Shown here: positions 1 to 10,018 of the stretch, piece by piece | How the letters are laid out: every line of letters starts with the position of its first letter | How positions within the stretch are numbered: the stretch's first letter is position 1 | NCBI GenBank assembly: GCA_964035545.1 | Contig: CAXIUT010000133.1 | Location: forward strand, 1 to 12,273 | Reading direction: 5' to 3' | DNA: 12,273 nt | From: Bugula neritina | Taxonomy: Eukaryota; Animalia; Bryozoa | Notes under the pieces: generated by a model | Seen by the model: only the letters and a program-made list of their open reading frames with translations | The model's database searches: none | What the model was told of the DNA's origin: nothing | Position numbers and translations under genes: made by a program

Positions 1-87
1 CCCAACCCCAACCCCAACCCCAACCCCAACCCCAACCCCAACCCCAACCCCAACCCCAACCCCAACCCCAACCCCAACCCCAACCCC
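1..87 (+). repeat. Left telomere, (CCCCAA)n
   Basis: Perfect C4A2 tandem array at the window start, followed by AT-rich subtelomeric DNA. This is the Tetrahymena-type ciliate telomeric repeat. Confidence 0.98.
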
Positions 88-597
88 TTTTTATTCCTTA
101 ATTAATTAAGATAACATAAAAATGAAAAATTATCCTCTTTTTCTTATTAGATTTTAAAAAGAAAACTTTGAATTTTCTTATTTTTATTTAATTACTATTT
201 CAATTTTTTTTAACAGAGTTATAATTATTATAAATAATTTTTTTGACTAAAACTAAAACTAAAGAAGAAAATAACTATATTTCTTCTCAAAGATAGAAAA
301 TTATCTCATTAAACTATTTAACAAAGAAAATTCAATAAAACGGATATATTATTCATTCATTAGAGAAGAATAATAAATATCAAAAATATTATAAAATCAC
401 TAGTTACTTAGTTTTTATCTAATAATATATTTGACCTATCTGTGATAAATTTGAAATGATTTTATTAAAATAAATTCTTCAAAAATGAATACGAGAAAAT
501 ATCTATTAATTTTCACAAAATAAATTCAAAGAAAAAATAATAATAAAGAGAGATAGTCTGAGTAAAATTAATTCGTCAAATTCTTTGTCTATTCAAA

Positions 598-1770
598 TCA
601 TGATTTTTTAGAAACAGATAAACCCGAACAAGGTTCATTATTTGGCCATATATCTACATCGATATGTTTGCTTTATTCTTGTTTCATTATCCAATTTTAC
701 ACAGCCAAAGAAGCACTAAATTTCGATCCTTAAGGTACCCTAAAATCTTATGAATAAAATGCCCCATTAGTACTATAGACATGATTGGAGCAAGAGATGC
801 CCCAACATCCATTTTCTTTCTTCTCAATAATTTGTTTAATAACAGTTGACATATTCATCCAATACTAATTAATATATTTCATTTAATCATCTGTACATAA
901 TCTAAAAGAACCAACCAATCCACAATATATTCCCAAAATACTAGGCAGAGACCAAAGATCATATAAAGATTGCATAGGAAATAGAGGTATCTTTATGTAT
1001 TAGTGTAGATGCTAGGCGAACATACACTTCCATTTTTAGTTTTTGTTGTTTTGAACGCATTAGTAAGTCGGAGGGTCTATTTATTAGTTTGATATTTTCA
1101 TGAAGTTTTGAATCAGTTATCTGTAAAGATGTTATTTGAAAGTCAGATCGGTGGAATCTAAAAAAATTCCTGAATCTGGTAAAGACCAAATTTTAGCATC
1201 TTTTGGCGATCTATCTGAGATGTAGTTTGACCATAAGAAAGTAGCAAGTCCTCCAGCTGATTGACCAGTAACAATGATATCTGTAGCTTTGCTAAAAAGG
1301 CCATAAGATTAGTCAATGGAATTTAGTTGACCTTTTGTTACATTATGTCCTCTGAAATAGAGAGAACTTCCCATGTATTTTATTGGATCTTTTTGATATC
1401 CTTGATGACCTGTACCATCACAGTACTTCATATGAACTATAGTCCAATTTCTGAATGGATTTTGAATATTATCTGAAAGAATTCCATCTTAGAAAACAAT
1501 TGATTCAGGGTATGATTCTGAACTTCCAAGAGGTCCTTTACTTCTATGATAGCAATTTTTCAATGTTTATTCTAAATTAACACTGCTACTCCCGCACCAT
1601 CCTCCACCTTCAAAACTTAACAAAAATTTATTTGGATCGCCTAAATGTACATAATATGCTGGTTTTGTTCCATCGAGGCAAAAGGCATCAGAGTCATTCA
1701 CTAGAATTTTCGTAAGTTTGAAAGTTTGAATAGACAAGAACAATAAGGTGATTAAAATGAATTTTATCAT
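598..1770 (-). CDS. Secreted pectinacetylesterase/Notum-family alpha/beta hydrolase, 390 aa, no intron needed
   Basis: One frame from ATG (1770) to TGA (600-598) with TAR read as sense. Signal peptide MIKFILITLLFLSIQT. Family motifs CLDGTKPAYY, FEGGGWC, KYCDG, LYFRG, TGQSAGG (nucleophile elbow), DSGIFLD, QSLYD, SCSNH and C-terminal WPNNEPC. Confidence 0.93.
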
Positions 1771-2109
1771 TGTTTATATAATCTATTTTATTCAAATAAA
1801 TTTTCTTATCTAGATTTTGATAAAATTAATATGATTAATTACCAAACTTTTTTATTTTTAAAATTTTATTTTTTAACGATAAATCATATCAAATACAAAT
1901 TAAATATCATCTTTATTATAAAATTAATTTACTTTGATATATTTGATGAAGTTTTCAATCTAAGATTAGAAAATTTGATAAAATTTAAGAAAATATGATT
2001 AAAATATTTTATTGTGCTTTTTATTTTAGTAATAGAATTTAATAGACTGCTTTATACAAGTACGCTAGTTTTGTTTAAATCATATAATATTAATCAAATT
2101 AATGAAAAG

Positions 2110-3083
2110 ATGACTAAGTTTCAGTCTCTTATCAATCATATTAACCTCAAAAGACTTATTGGTACTCTCCAAACAATTCAAAAACAAGTATCTTTCCCTT
2201 ACTACCTCCTTAACATTTAAAAACCGAAAATTTTTATTCCAGAAAACTGTTGCCTTTCACTCACGTATGACCTTTTTAACATAGAAGAAAGCTTTCCAAC
2301 CATACCTTGAGCCATTTTGATGGTCCCATCAGCGTCTGGAGTCCTCACCATCTTCATAGAGTCTCTTAAACTCTCGGAGATAGTCCATCGAACAGAATGA
2401 TTTTGAAAAATTTCTATAAGTCCATTTAGCTGATCGACCAGAGTTTGTAGATGGGAGTCAGGGAGATGGTAATTGATTCTATTGATGAATTCTAAAAAAT
2501 AGAAAGGTACTCTTTTATAAAATTCAGATAAAAATCCGTTCTTTCTAAATTCAAAAATGAGACTATCAAATATCATTGGTTGGTAGATGATCATCCTGAT
2601 AATATTATAGAGATGCTAGAAGTCAAGAATCATATCAAAGGACTCTACTTTCAAGAAGGTGAGGAGACTTCAATTGGAAAAATTGAAACACTCACTAAAA
2701 GAATTCTGAATATGGGTCTAAAGATTGATCATGTGACTTGTGAAAGTTCAGTTAAAAATGTAAACAGAATGAAATAATGGAGAAATAACTAAATATTTGC
2801 TGATGGTAAAATGATAAATAAAACAATTGACATCATTGATATCTCTGAGGTAGAAGGTTATATTCTGGCTACACGTTCATTGAGTAGATAAAGACCTGTT
2901 ATTTGTCAATAGGTTCAAGAGTTGGTTCAAAATTCAAGTTTAGAGAATTGTTTGCTGGTCCAAAATGAGAAAGAGCATTGGTTATTAAGTGCGGTAAATA
3001 TGTTTCCAATGGATCAGGAGAAGTATCTTTTCAATGTGGAGCAAATGACTGAGCTTAGTGCTCCCAAAGCTTGCATCATATGA
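2110..3083 (+). CDS. Protein of about 310-317 aa with partial, degenerate similarity to the ornithine/diaminopimelate decarboxylase (PLP fold III) barrel
   Basis: The frame is open from ATG 2110 to TGA 3081-3083 after removing intron 2265-2284 (and optionally the in-frame intron 2507-2527). NRMILKNFYKSI(E)LIDQSL(E)MGVREMVIDSIDEF(E)KI resembles the ODC segment RIIYANPCK...GV..MTFDS..EL.KV. The family call is by eye. Confidence 0.65.
2265..2284 (+). other. 20-nt spliceosomal intron
   Basis: GTATGACCTTTTTAACATAG. Removing it avoids a premature TGA and joins the 5' exon to the long downstream frame. Confidence 0.85.
2507..2527 (+). other. Possible 21-nt in-frame intron
   Basis: GTACTCTTTTATAAAATTCAG has the GTA...AG pattern and is AT-rich, but it is not needed to keep the frame open. 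Confidence 0.5.
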
Positions 3084-3581
3084 TTTGTATGCCTTTGAAT
3101 TATACTATTTCTCATAAATTCAATTGTAGACTTGTTTAAAATGATACCTTATCACTTCATCAATTTATTTATTTCATATTTATTTCTTTAATTATGTCTT
3201 ATTTTCAATAAACAGTTTCTAACTCTTTGAAATTAGGTTTATTTGATTATCTTAATCATTTTTATTTTGAAAAATTTTTCCTGTTTTAATTTGATAGACT
3301 ATTTATCAATATTTAGTTTAATTAAGATTAAAATACATTTGATTAATCTATCCAATAGAATTAAAATAACTTTTCTTTCATTTAATCCGAAAAAATAATT
3401 TGGTATTTAAGAATTAGAAAAAAAATCCAATTAATTGAGTGAATCATTTTTTATAACTCAATATCAGCACAAAAGTAGTGTTATTTCTTTATTTCTTCAA
3501 ATTATGGACAACTATTTGCTTATTTTCAGGCTATATAATCTTAATTTTCGATTGTTTTACAATTACTCTAGTATATTATTA

Positions 3582-4679
3582 ATGGGTTGTTTTCCTTCTG
3601 AGAAGAAATCTGAAAATAGACTTATTCCTTTCGATAGCCGTCGTTTCTGGAAAAAATGTCTTAACATCGAAAAAGTCACCATTTCTTACTCTAAAAGAAA
3701 ATAACACCCAGTCTTCACTCAAATCTCTAAAGACATAGATCGCACCTTCCCTGAAAATAGTTTCTTCAACCTCTCTTAAAACAAAAAATGCTTTGAAAGA
3801 CTACTTAGAGCCTTTTCCCTTGAATTTCCAAAAGTCGGATATACTCAGGGATTGAATTTTTTAGCAGGATTTTTGCTTATATAAGGATTAACATAAGAAG
3901 AAAGTCTTAAAACATTAATAGCTATATGCACACATCCTGAATTAATGCTTATCGGTCTCTATTAAGATAACTTTCCTTTGACAAGACTCTATTGTGATCT
4001 TTTCTGGCTCGCTATTAAAAAAATGTGTCCAAATGCTTATAAACTTCTTAAATCAGCAGGTCTTCCAGATGAGCTCTGGATTTTTCAGTGGTTTCTTACT
4101 CACTACATTTATTCATTTCCTTTTAGTTATATTCAAGATTTTCTTCATTTTATTATTGTTAAAAAATTTTTTGCTTCTGTTCGTTTGGCTGTAGCTATTG
4201 TGCAATCATTAGAAACATATATCACTGAAATGTCAATAAAATAGGATGGCTTTATTGACTGTTTCTAGTTGATGAAAACTGAAGAGTTTTGTAAGGCGAA
4301 TATGCCTATTGACTCAATAATCAAAAAAACTTAAAAAATAAGTCACTAATTTCTTCTTACTTGTCTTAAATAGAGTTCAGTTCATAATAAATATCGAGAT
4401 TATTTTTTATCATAAGGAGCAAAAAGACATTAGAAACATGTCGTATTTCTAAAATAACTGGAATAAGAACACTAGAAATTCCATAAGAAGAAAATAACAA
4501 ACTTTTACAATCGTTCATAATCTGATACTAATATTATTGATACTATCTCTTCTTCAATGGTGAGAAGATATACACATACTACATACCGCTCAAGTATCTC
4601 AAGAAATACTGTATTTTTCTCAAAAATATCAATTAAAAATTGTCAAAGTATGAACATCATCTCTTCGGTAAAAATATGA
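3582..4679 (+). CDS. TBC-domain Rab GTPase-activating protein, 365 aa
   Basis: Continuous frame from ATG 3582 to TGA 4677-4679. Arg-finger motif QISKDIDRTFP, Gln-finger motif GYTQGLNFLAGFLL, then T(E)EESL and WIFQWFLT. The N-terminal MGC suggests myristoylation/palmitoylation. Confidence 0.93.
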
Positions 4680-4735
4680 TTGTTTTCATCCTTAATTATT
4701 AAAAAAAATATCTTATCAACTCAATGGACTATCAA

Positions 4736-5257
4736 TCATTGTTCAAGAACTTTGTTTTCATCTTCAATCACAATTGGGCTCGATTTATTGCTTGGTCGAG
4801 AAGCTCTTTTCCAAGATCTATGAATGAATTTTGTTTTAGCTTTCTTAACATTTGGCTAGTCTTCGACTTGATTATCTATTTCTTATAGTGCTCCTAGTGA
4901 TTCTTGAGAAAATTCCTCGTTGATTTGTTCATCTTCAATCACTTCCTCATTATTTTCAATGATATCTTCTGTCCCAATTTAGTTCCTTGAAGTAGAAATA
5001 ATCTTTTAATTGACCTCTTCTACAATTTAAAGATTTTCTGAACCTTTTTATTGAACTTCTGGCGAAGAAATTAAATTTTATTGAGGCATTTCTTCATGCG
5101 AAATTCCATCATTACTTTTCTAATTAGCTTCAGATTGAACTTCTTCTTCCTCATCTTATGAAGGAGGTAGAGAGGGAATATCACTGGAGACATAGTTGTA
5201 GGAAACTAAAGCCATGATCAGAATCAAAAGAAGTCTGAGTTGCTCAAAAATTTCCAT
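4736..5257 (-). CDS. Hypothetical acidic protein, 173 aa, with an N-terminal hydrophobic signal or anchor
   Basis: ATG 5257 to TGA 4738-4736. MEIFEQLRLLLILIMALVSYNYV is followed by a Glu/Asp-rich low-complexity body and a basic patch KKAKTKFIHRSWKRASR. Confidence 0.8.
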
Positions 5258-5729
5258 TATTTTAATTATATAAGCAATAAAGCATATTGTAAGTTAAAGT
5301 CAATTATTAAAACCATATTATTTTAGTAGATTCTGAAATAAATAATAATTAAGAATAATTTTATCATCAGACTGGATTTATTTCCTCTTGATTAATATAC
5401 TAAAATTTTTTTTAAGAATTTTTGTCAAAATCTGAGATCATAATTGATCAAATTCTTTTCTTTTTGATTGTTATTTTGATGAAATTATCTAATTAACATT
5501 TTTTATGATTGACACTCTCTAGTTTTGATTTTTCATTGAAGTAATAATCAATAGTTCTTTATGTATTTTGGGCAATTTTGTCTCAAAAATTAATTTTTAA
5601 TGAAGATTTATAATCTTTGATAAATTTGATTTGATTTAATGTGAAAAAAGTGAACCTTTTGAAATCTGAATTTTAGTTTTAATACTACTTGGATTATTTT
5701 AAAATATAGAAATTTCCACAATAAAGAAG

Positions 5730-6539
5730 ATGACAACAGCTCCATCTGACAACTCAGTTGCTAACTTTATCCAAAAAAGTTTTGAAATCCTAGAGAACAA
5801 AGAATATGAAGCTATCATACACTGGATGCCCAATGGTAAAGAGTTTGCGATAAAATAAATAGATGACTTCCAAGATCATATTCTCCCAAAATACTTCAGA
5901 CACAGAAATATTAACTCTTTCATCAGGCAGTTGAACATGTATGGCTTCCATAAGAGTCGTAAAGATCCAAGTAAAAATATTTTCAGTCATCCTTATTTTA
6001 TTAGAGGACATCCTCAACTGCTGAATCAAGTAAAGAGAAAAATAAAAAATGATTAAAAAGCAGAAGAATAACCTAAAAGTCAAGCTAACTTAACACCTTA
6101 AAAAAATCATTAAAATATTGAACCTAGCACAGGTATATCTTCAAAGAAATCATTGCACTCTATCACACATCTCAAAGAAAATTCCTTAATAAAGCACTAA
6201 AAAGAGACTACTCAAACTAAAACAGAGATAGTGGCTCCTGTCTCTATGTTATCTATTCGTTCCTTTGGACTTCATCTCACTGATAACAGTCCTTTCAAAA
6301 ACTTGATCGAGAAGAGTGCTATCATGGACAGCAATCCAGAATTTTACCTGAAGATGATGGAACATAACAGTATTGGAATGGGATTGATGGAAGACGAAGA
6401 TGACAACCTGAGTATTGAGGATTAGATAGAAAAAGATCGAAGAGTTTTTCAAAATAGGAGAAGCGGGGTCTCAGTATTGCAGACTCATAATTTACTTGAG
6501 GATCTGGATTTCCAAAATGAATTTAATGATAATTTATGA
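5730..6539 (+). CDS. Heat-shock-factor (HSF-type) DNA-binding domain protein, 269 aa
   Basis: ATG 5730 to TGA 6537-6539. HSF signature FIQKSFEIL...IIHW...G.EF.I...ILPKYFRHRNINSFIRQLNMYGFHK...FSHPYFIRG...LL.QVKRK. Confidence 0.95.
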
Positions 6540-6579
6540 TCTTTGTTTGTTTCTAATCATCATAAATAACCATAAGTAA

Positions 6580-6963
6580 TCATCCAATCAAAGGATATGT
6601 AAAGGGTTGATAGTCGTATAGAAGATTCGCTTATGGCCCTATGATTCCACATTTTTCGAGAGTCATATCGTGGTCCAGCACCTTCGAACCATCATATTCA
6701 TCTTTGCAAATCAGAATGTCTGTGATTGACTCCTGATGGTGCCGAGCAATTGCCTTAGCGACCCTTCCTATTTTGGCACTGATGAGCATGGTTAACTTAA
6801 GAGTCATTGCATCATTAGGTATGTCCATTTCGTGGTGTTTGATTGTGAGTTATACCTTGGGTGTCACCAGTTCGGGATCCTCATAGATGGGGATCTGATA
6901 GACAGGAGGATCGTACTATTTCTTTTTCTTTTTTCCCTTCTTCTTTTTTTTCTTTGGAGCCAT
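6580..6963 (-). CDS. Hypothetical protein, 127 aa, with a poly-Lys N-terminus and a possible ubiquitin-like domain
   Basis: ATG 6963 (MAPKKKKKKGKKKKK) to TGA 6582-6580, including track ORF 6631-6828. LDHDMTLEKCGI recalls the ubiquitin-fold L.D..TL...GI motif, which is an inference. Confidence 0.8.
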
Positions 6964-7059
6964 TCTCCACTTGTAAATATAATTATTGCAGTTGCATTCA
7001 AGGACTACTATTTATCTACTTTTCTGAAACTAGAACAAAAATAAAATAAGTATTACTAA

Positions 7060-7578
7060 TCACTATTATTCAAGTTTCCCGACTAACTTTGGAAGCTGTC
7101 TTTCTTTGACTCTCGATTCATAGAATGTTTTTTCATTGATTCTTCCAGGAGATTCTTTAGTGCAGACTTCTTTTCTTCTGGTGTCGAGAGTAGATCCCTT
7201 TTGAATCACTCTTAGGGCTATTTTTTTGTTTTAATCATTGATTTTAGTTTGTTCTCTAAACCTTTTTTCATGCATTGCCAGCATATATTTATCTTGTAAT
7301 TTTTCTGGTCTTCTTTTCTTAGTGTTAATGATCTTGTCCAGGAGCAACTGGTTCTATGTTTTAATTTGATTTAAATTTTATAAAGATCGATGATTATTTG
7401 AACGGGCATGACATTCATTGAGGAAACTCATGTAGTGGGTATTAGAAAGATCAAGTTTAGGTTTTTTTGAAACTATGTTATCAATTCTTTTAAGATAACG
7501 ATCATAATGATCTTCATTGTCAAGGTTGGCATGCAAACGAGGGTTAGTAGAACGATAGTAGTCGAAGGTTTTTCTCAT
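7060..7578 (-). CDS. Basic coiled-coil protein, 172 aa, CFAP97/Hemingway-like
   Basis: ATG 7578 to TGA 7062-7060. It has two I-x-x-E-N-x-x-hydrophobic repeats (IKT(E)NQLLLDKI and IND(E)NKKIALRV) and an upstream RIDNIVSKKPKLD, a pattern recalled from the CFAP97/KIAA1430 family. The CDS is secure and the family is tentative. Confidence 0.7.
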
Positions 7579-7650
7579 AATTGGAAGAATTATATCAATC
7601 TATTTATATTTACTTAATCGATTCTAATTTTCTTCATTTATATAAAATAA

Positions 7651-7722
7651 GGGGTTGGGGTTGGGGTTGGGGTTGGGGTTGGGGTTGGGGTTGGGGTTGG
7701 GGTTGGGGTTGGGGTTGGGGTT
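7651..7722 (+). repeat. (GGGGTT)12 tract, right telomere of the first minichromosome, internal in this contig
   Basis: 12 perfect units in the orientation that pairs with 1-87. Confidence 0.97.
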
Positions 7723-7881
7723 TACCTCAATCAAATATCTCCAGATAAATATCATTGATTTTTTACATTTTTCTTAAATTAAAATAAAATTCTAATCGTT
7801 TTTAATATTGGTGTTTAGTTTGTGTTGATTTGAAATTTTTATAGGATTTTTTTCATTTATTAATACTACGATTAATATAAA

Positions 7882-8655
7882 ATGAAGATAAATAAGCAAA
7901 ATAATCATCATAGAACATAACTATATCTGAGTTTCACTAAAAATTTAAAGAAAAAAATACTTCTCATTAATGCGAAATCTTAACCATCTGAAAAAGCTTC
8001 AAGACATTCTAGTCAAGATTCATAAAGCCTTTTTCGTTAGACATTTAGATAAATGACAAGATGGGGTAAAAGAAATAATTCTCCAAAATAAAGTCGAACC
8101 ATTCATGAATCACAACCCAAATAAGTTTGTTTTAATTTTACATCTCCTCCTTTAACTATTGGGCACTCTCCACCTTTAATCTCGCCATAAAAAGCAAAAA
8201 TTCATGATACTTTTTCTTAATATATGTGTAAAAAACATCAAATGGTGACTAATGGGTTCAGTACTGTTGTCGTGAGACGAAAATAAAAGCTAAAAAAACA
8301 TGATTTAGGAGAACTTGCCAACAAAATAGCACAAGTTAAACCTTTGGGAATGAAATAAACCATAGAAGGGAAAAGGAATTAGCCAAAAAAAGAAGTTTTG
8401 ATAAGAAAAAAGAAATTAAACTAGATTGAAAACAAAAATAAGTTAACTAATTTTGAAGAAGAAGATTTTTATCCAAGAGGAAAATCATAAAGACAGTAGT
8501 AATATCCTTCACCTCTTCCAAATAAAAATAAACGTAATCTATCTCATAAACCTCGATGGACTGATAAAATAAAACCTTGGCAATAGAATGAGTAATCTAA
8601 CTTTAGAAAATATTCTTTTAAACCTTTATTAGCTTTATCTGATTTCCTTTAATGA
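7882..8655 (+). CDS. Hypothetical basic low-complexity protein, 257 aa
   Basis: ATG 7882 after an AT-rich leader, with no in-frame TGA until 8653-8655. Lys/Ser/Pro-rich with no recognised domain. Confidence 0.7.
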
Positions 8656-8687
8656 TGTTTTTTTTAATTCTATTGATATATACAACA

Positions 8688-9878
8688 TCACTATGAAATC
8701 CTGATTTCAAATAAATTAATTTAGAATTAATTTTTTAACTCATTATGGCGTTTGAATATTTAACGACGTTTAGACTCTTCGCTGGTGGGATCTCTGAATT
8801 TTATATAGTCATTTTTCTTTATTATTTAAAATAAAGGAGGTAAATTCTTTCTCTATTCCACTTATTTCCAGTTTATTTATTCAAAAAACGGATGCTGTCG
8901 TAGTTGGGAAAGAGATAGTCTGGCAGTAGGATCCTTTTCTAAGAGATTTAGCATTAATTATCTAAATTAATGGCTCATATGTCCAATTTTACTATTGATT
9001 TTATCCTGTATAAAATTTTTTCCAAGCATTTGTTCATACTATGTCACTGAATGATTGATTTATTCTTCAGTTTCAATAGGATTTTACTTAAATTTCAACT
9101 AATAGGCTATAATACCAAGTGCCCATACGTCAACTTTCTCATCAAAATGGCCACTAACTACTTCAGGAGCCATATATTCGAGTGCTCCCATGTAAGTTGA
9201 TATTCCTTTTTGATTATCATTGAGTAATAATTTCGAACTACCATAATCTGTAAGTTTAATGTGTCCCTCATCAGTTATTAAGATATTTTATGGTTTAAGA
9301 GCACGATAGACAATTCCTTGAGAATGCAGATATTATAGACCAATTACTATTTATGCTAGGACGTCTCTAATAACTATTTAAGAAAGAGTGGCTGATTGTT
9401 TGTTGGAGTAGAAATAGAGGTCACCTTTGGGAAGATATTACATGACAATATAAATGTTTTAGTTGTTTTGAAAGGTTTAATATATTTGAGTCAGGAAGGG
9501 ATGTTTTCTGATAGAAGTTATTAAGTCGTTTTGTAATAAATTTGTCTCATTTATTTTAGATTTTGATACCATTTTCATTGCTACTTTTTTGCCTGTCAAC
9601 TTCTCTTCAGCAAGTACTACTAATCCAAAAGACCCTTTCCCTATTATTTTTACACTTTGATAGTTTTATGGGCCTCGGCCTTGTTTCTATCTTCTTGGAG
9701 TACTTTATACTTGAGCTCTAATGTTGTTGTTGCTCGGTAGAGATACAAATGATTTGACTCCTTATTTTTTTGATGCTTTTTATTGAATGGGTTTTATAGA
9801 TTTTTTTCTAGATGGACGGGGCTCAGTTGTCTGAGGGGAAGGTTAAGCTTAGTTGCAACAGGGAAGGGAGTTGCCCAT
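8688..9878 (-). CDS. AGC-like Ser/Thr protein kinase domain protein, 396 aa, probable pseudokinase
   Basis: ATG 9878 (MGNSLPCC) to TGA 8690-8688. Motifs IGKGSFG, VAMK, HPFL, YIVM(E)YLPKGDL, YLHSQGIVYRALKP(E)NILI, KLTDYG, YMAPE, DVWALG, DPTARL and HPFF..INW. Confidence 0.93.
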
Positions 9879-10018
9879 TTTATAATTAAAACATACTGCT
9901 AGGGTTATAATTGCATTAAAGAAAAGATATTATTTATTTGCCAAAATAAAAAAGAAAGAAAGATACTAAATAGAACCTGTAATAATCTTTCTAATAAGAA
10001 CTATAGACAAGAGTGAAA

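Noticed and set aside
122-445. ATG-to-TGA open frame in the left subtelomere under table 30
   Set aside because: It is extremely AT-rich with F/I/K/N/Y-dominated composition and no motif. Long open frames arise easily by chance when TGA is the only stop.
790-810. Apparent frameshift near the hydrolase C-terminus
   Set aside because: A recount of the C4 run gives TGG GGC ATC on the minus strand, so the frame is continuous.
2217-2594. 125-aa minus-strand ORF, and likewise track ORFs 959-1189, 3994-4194, 5790-6083, 6249-6452, 6832-7044 and 6861-7049
   Set aside because: These are antisense or off-frame shadows of genes that are better supported under the UAR=Glu code.
3069-3083. C-terminal ACII as a CaaX prenylation motif
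   Set aside because: The Cys is third from the end rather than fourth.
7631-7634. TCTT found 11-26 nt inside all five chromosome ends, as a possible breakage signal
   Set aside because: A 4-mer at variable distance in AT-rich DNA is not distinguishable from chance with five ends. It needs genome-wide motif analysis.
598-9878. Reading the in-frame TAA/TAG codons as pseudogene lesions or as Gln (table 6)
   Set aside because: The frames are otherwise intact, TAR falls on conserved Glu positions, and conserved Gln positions use CAR.
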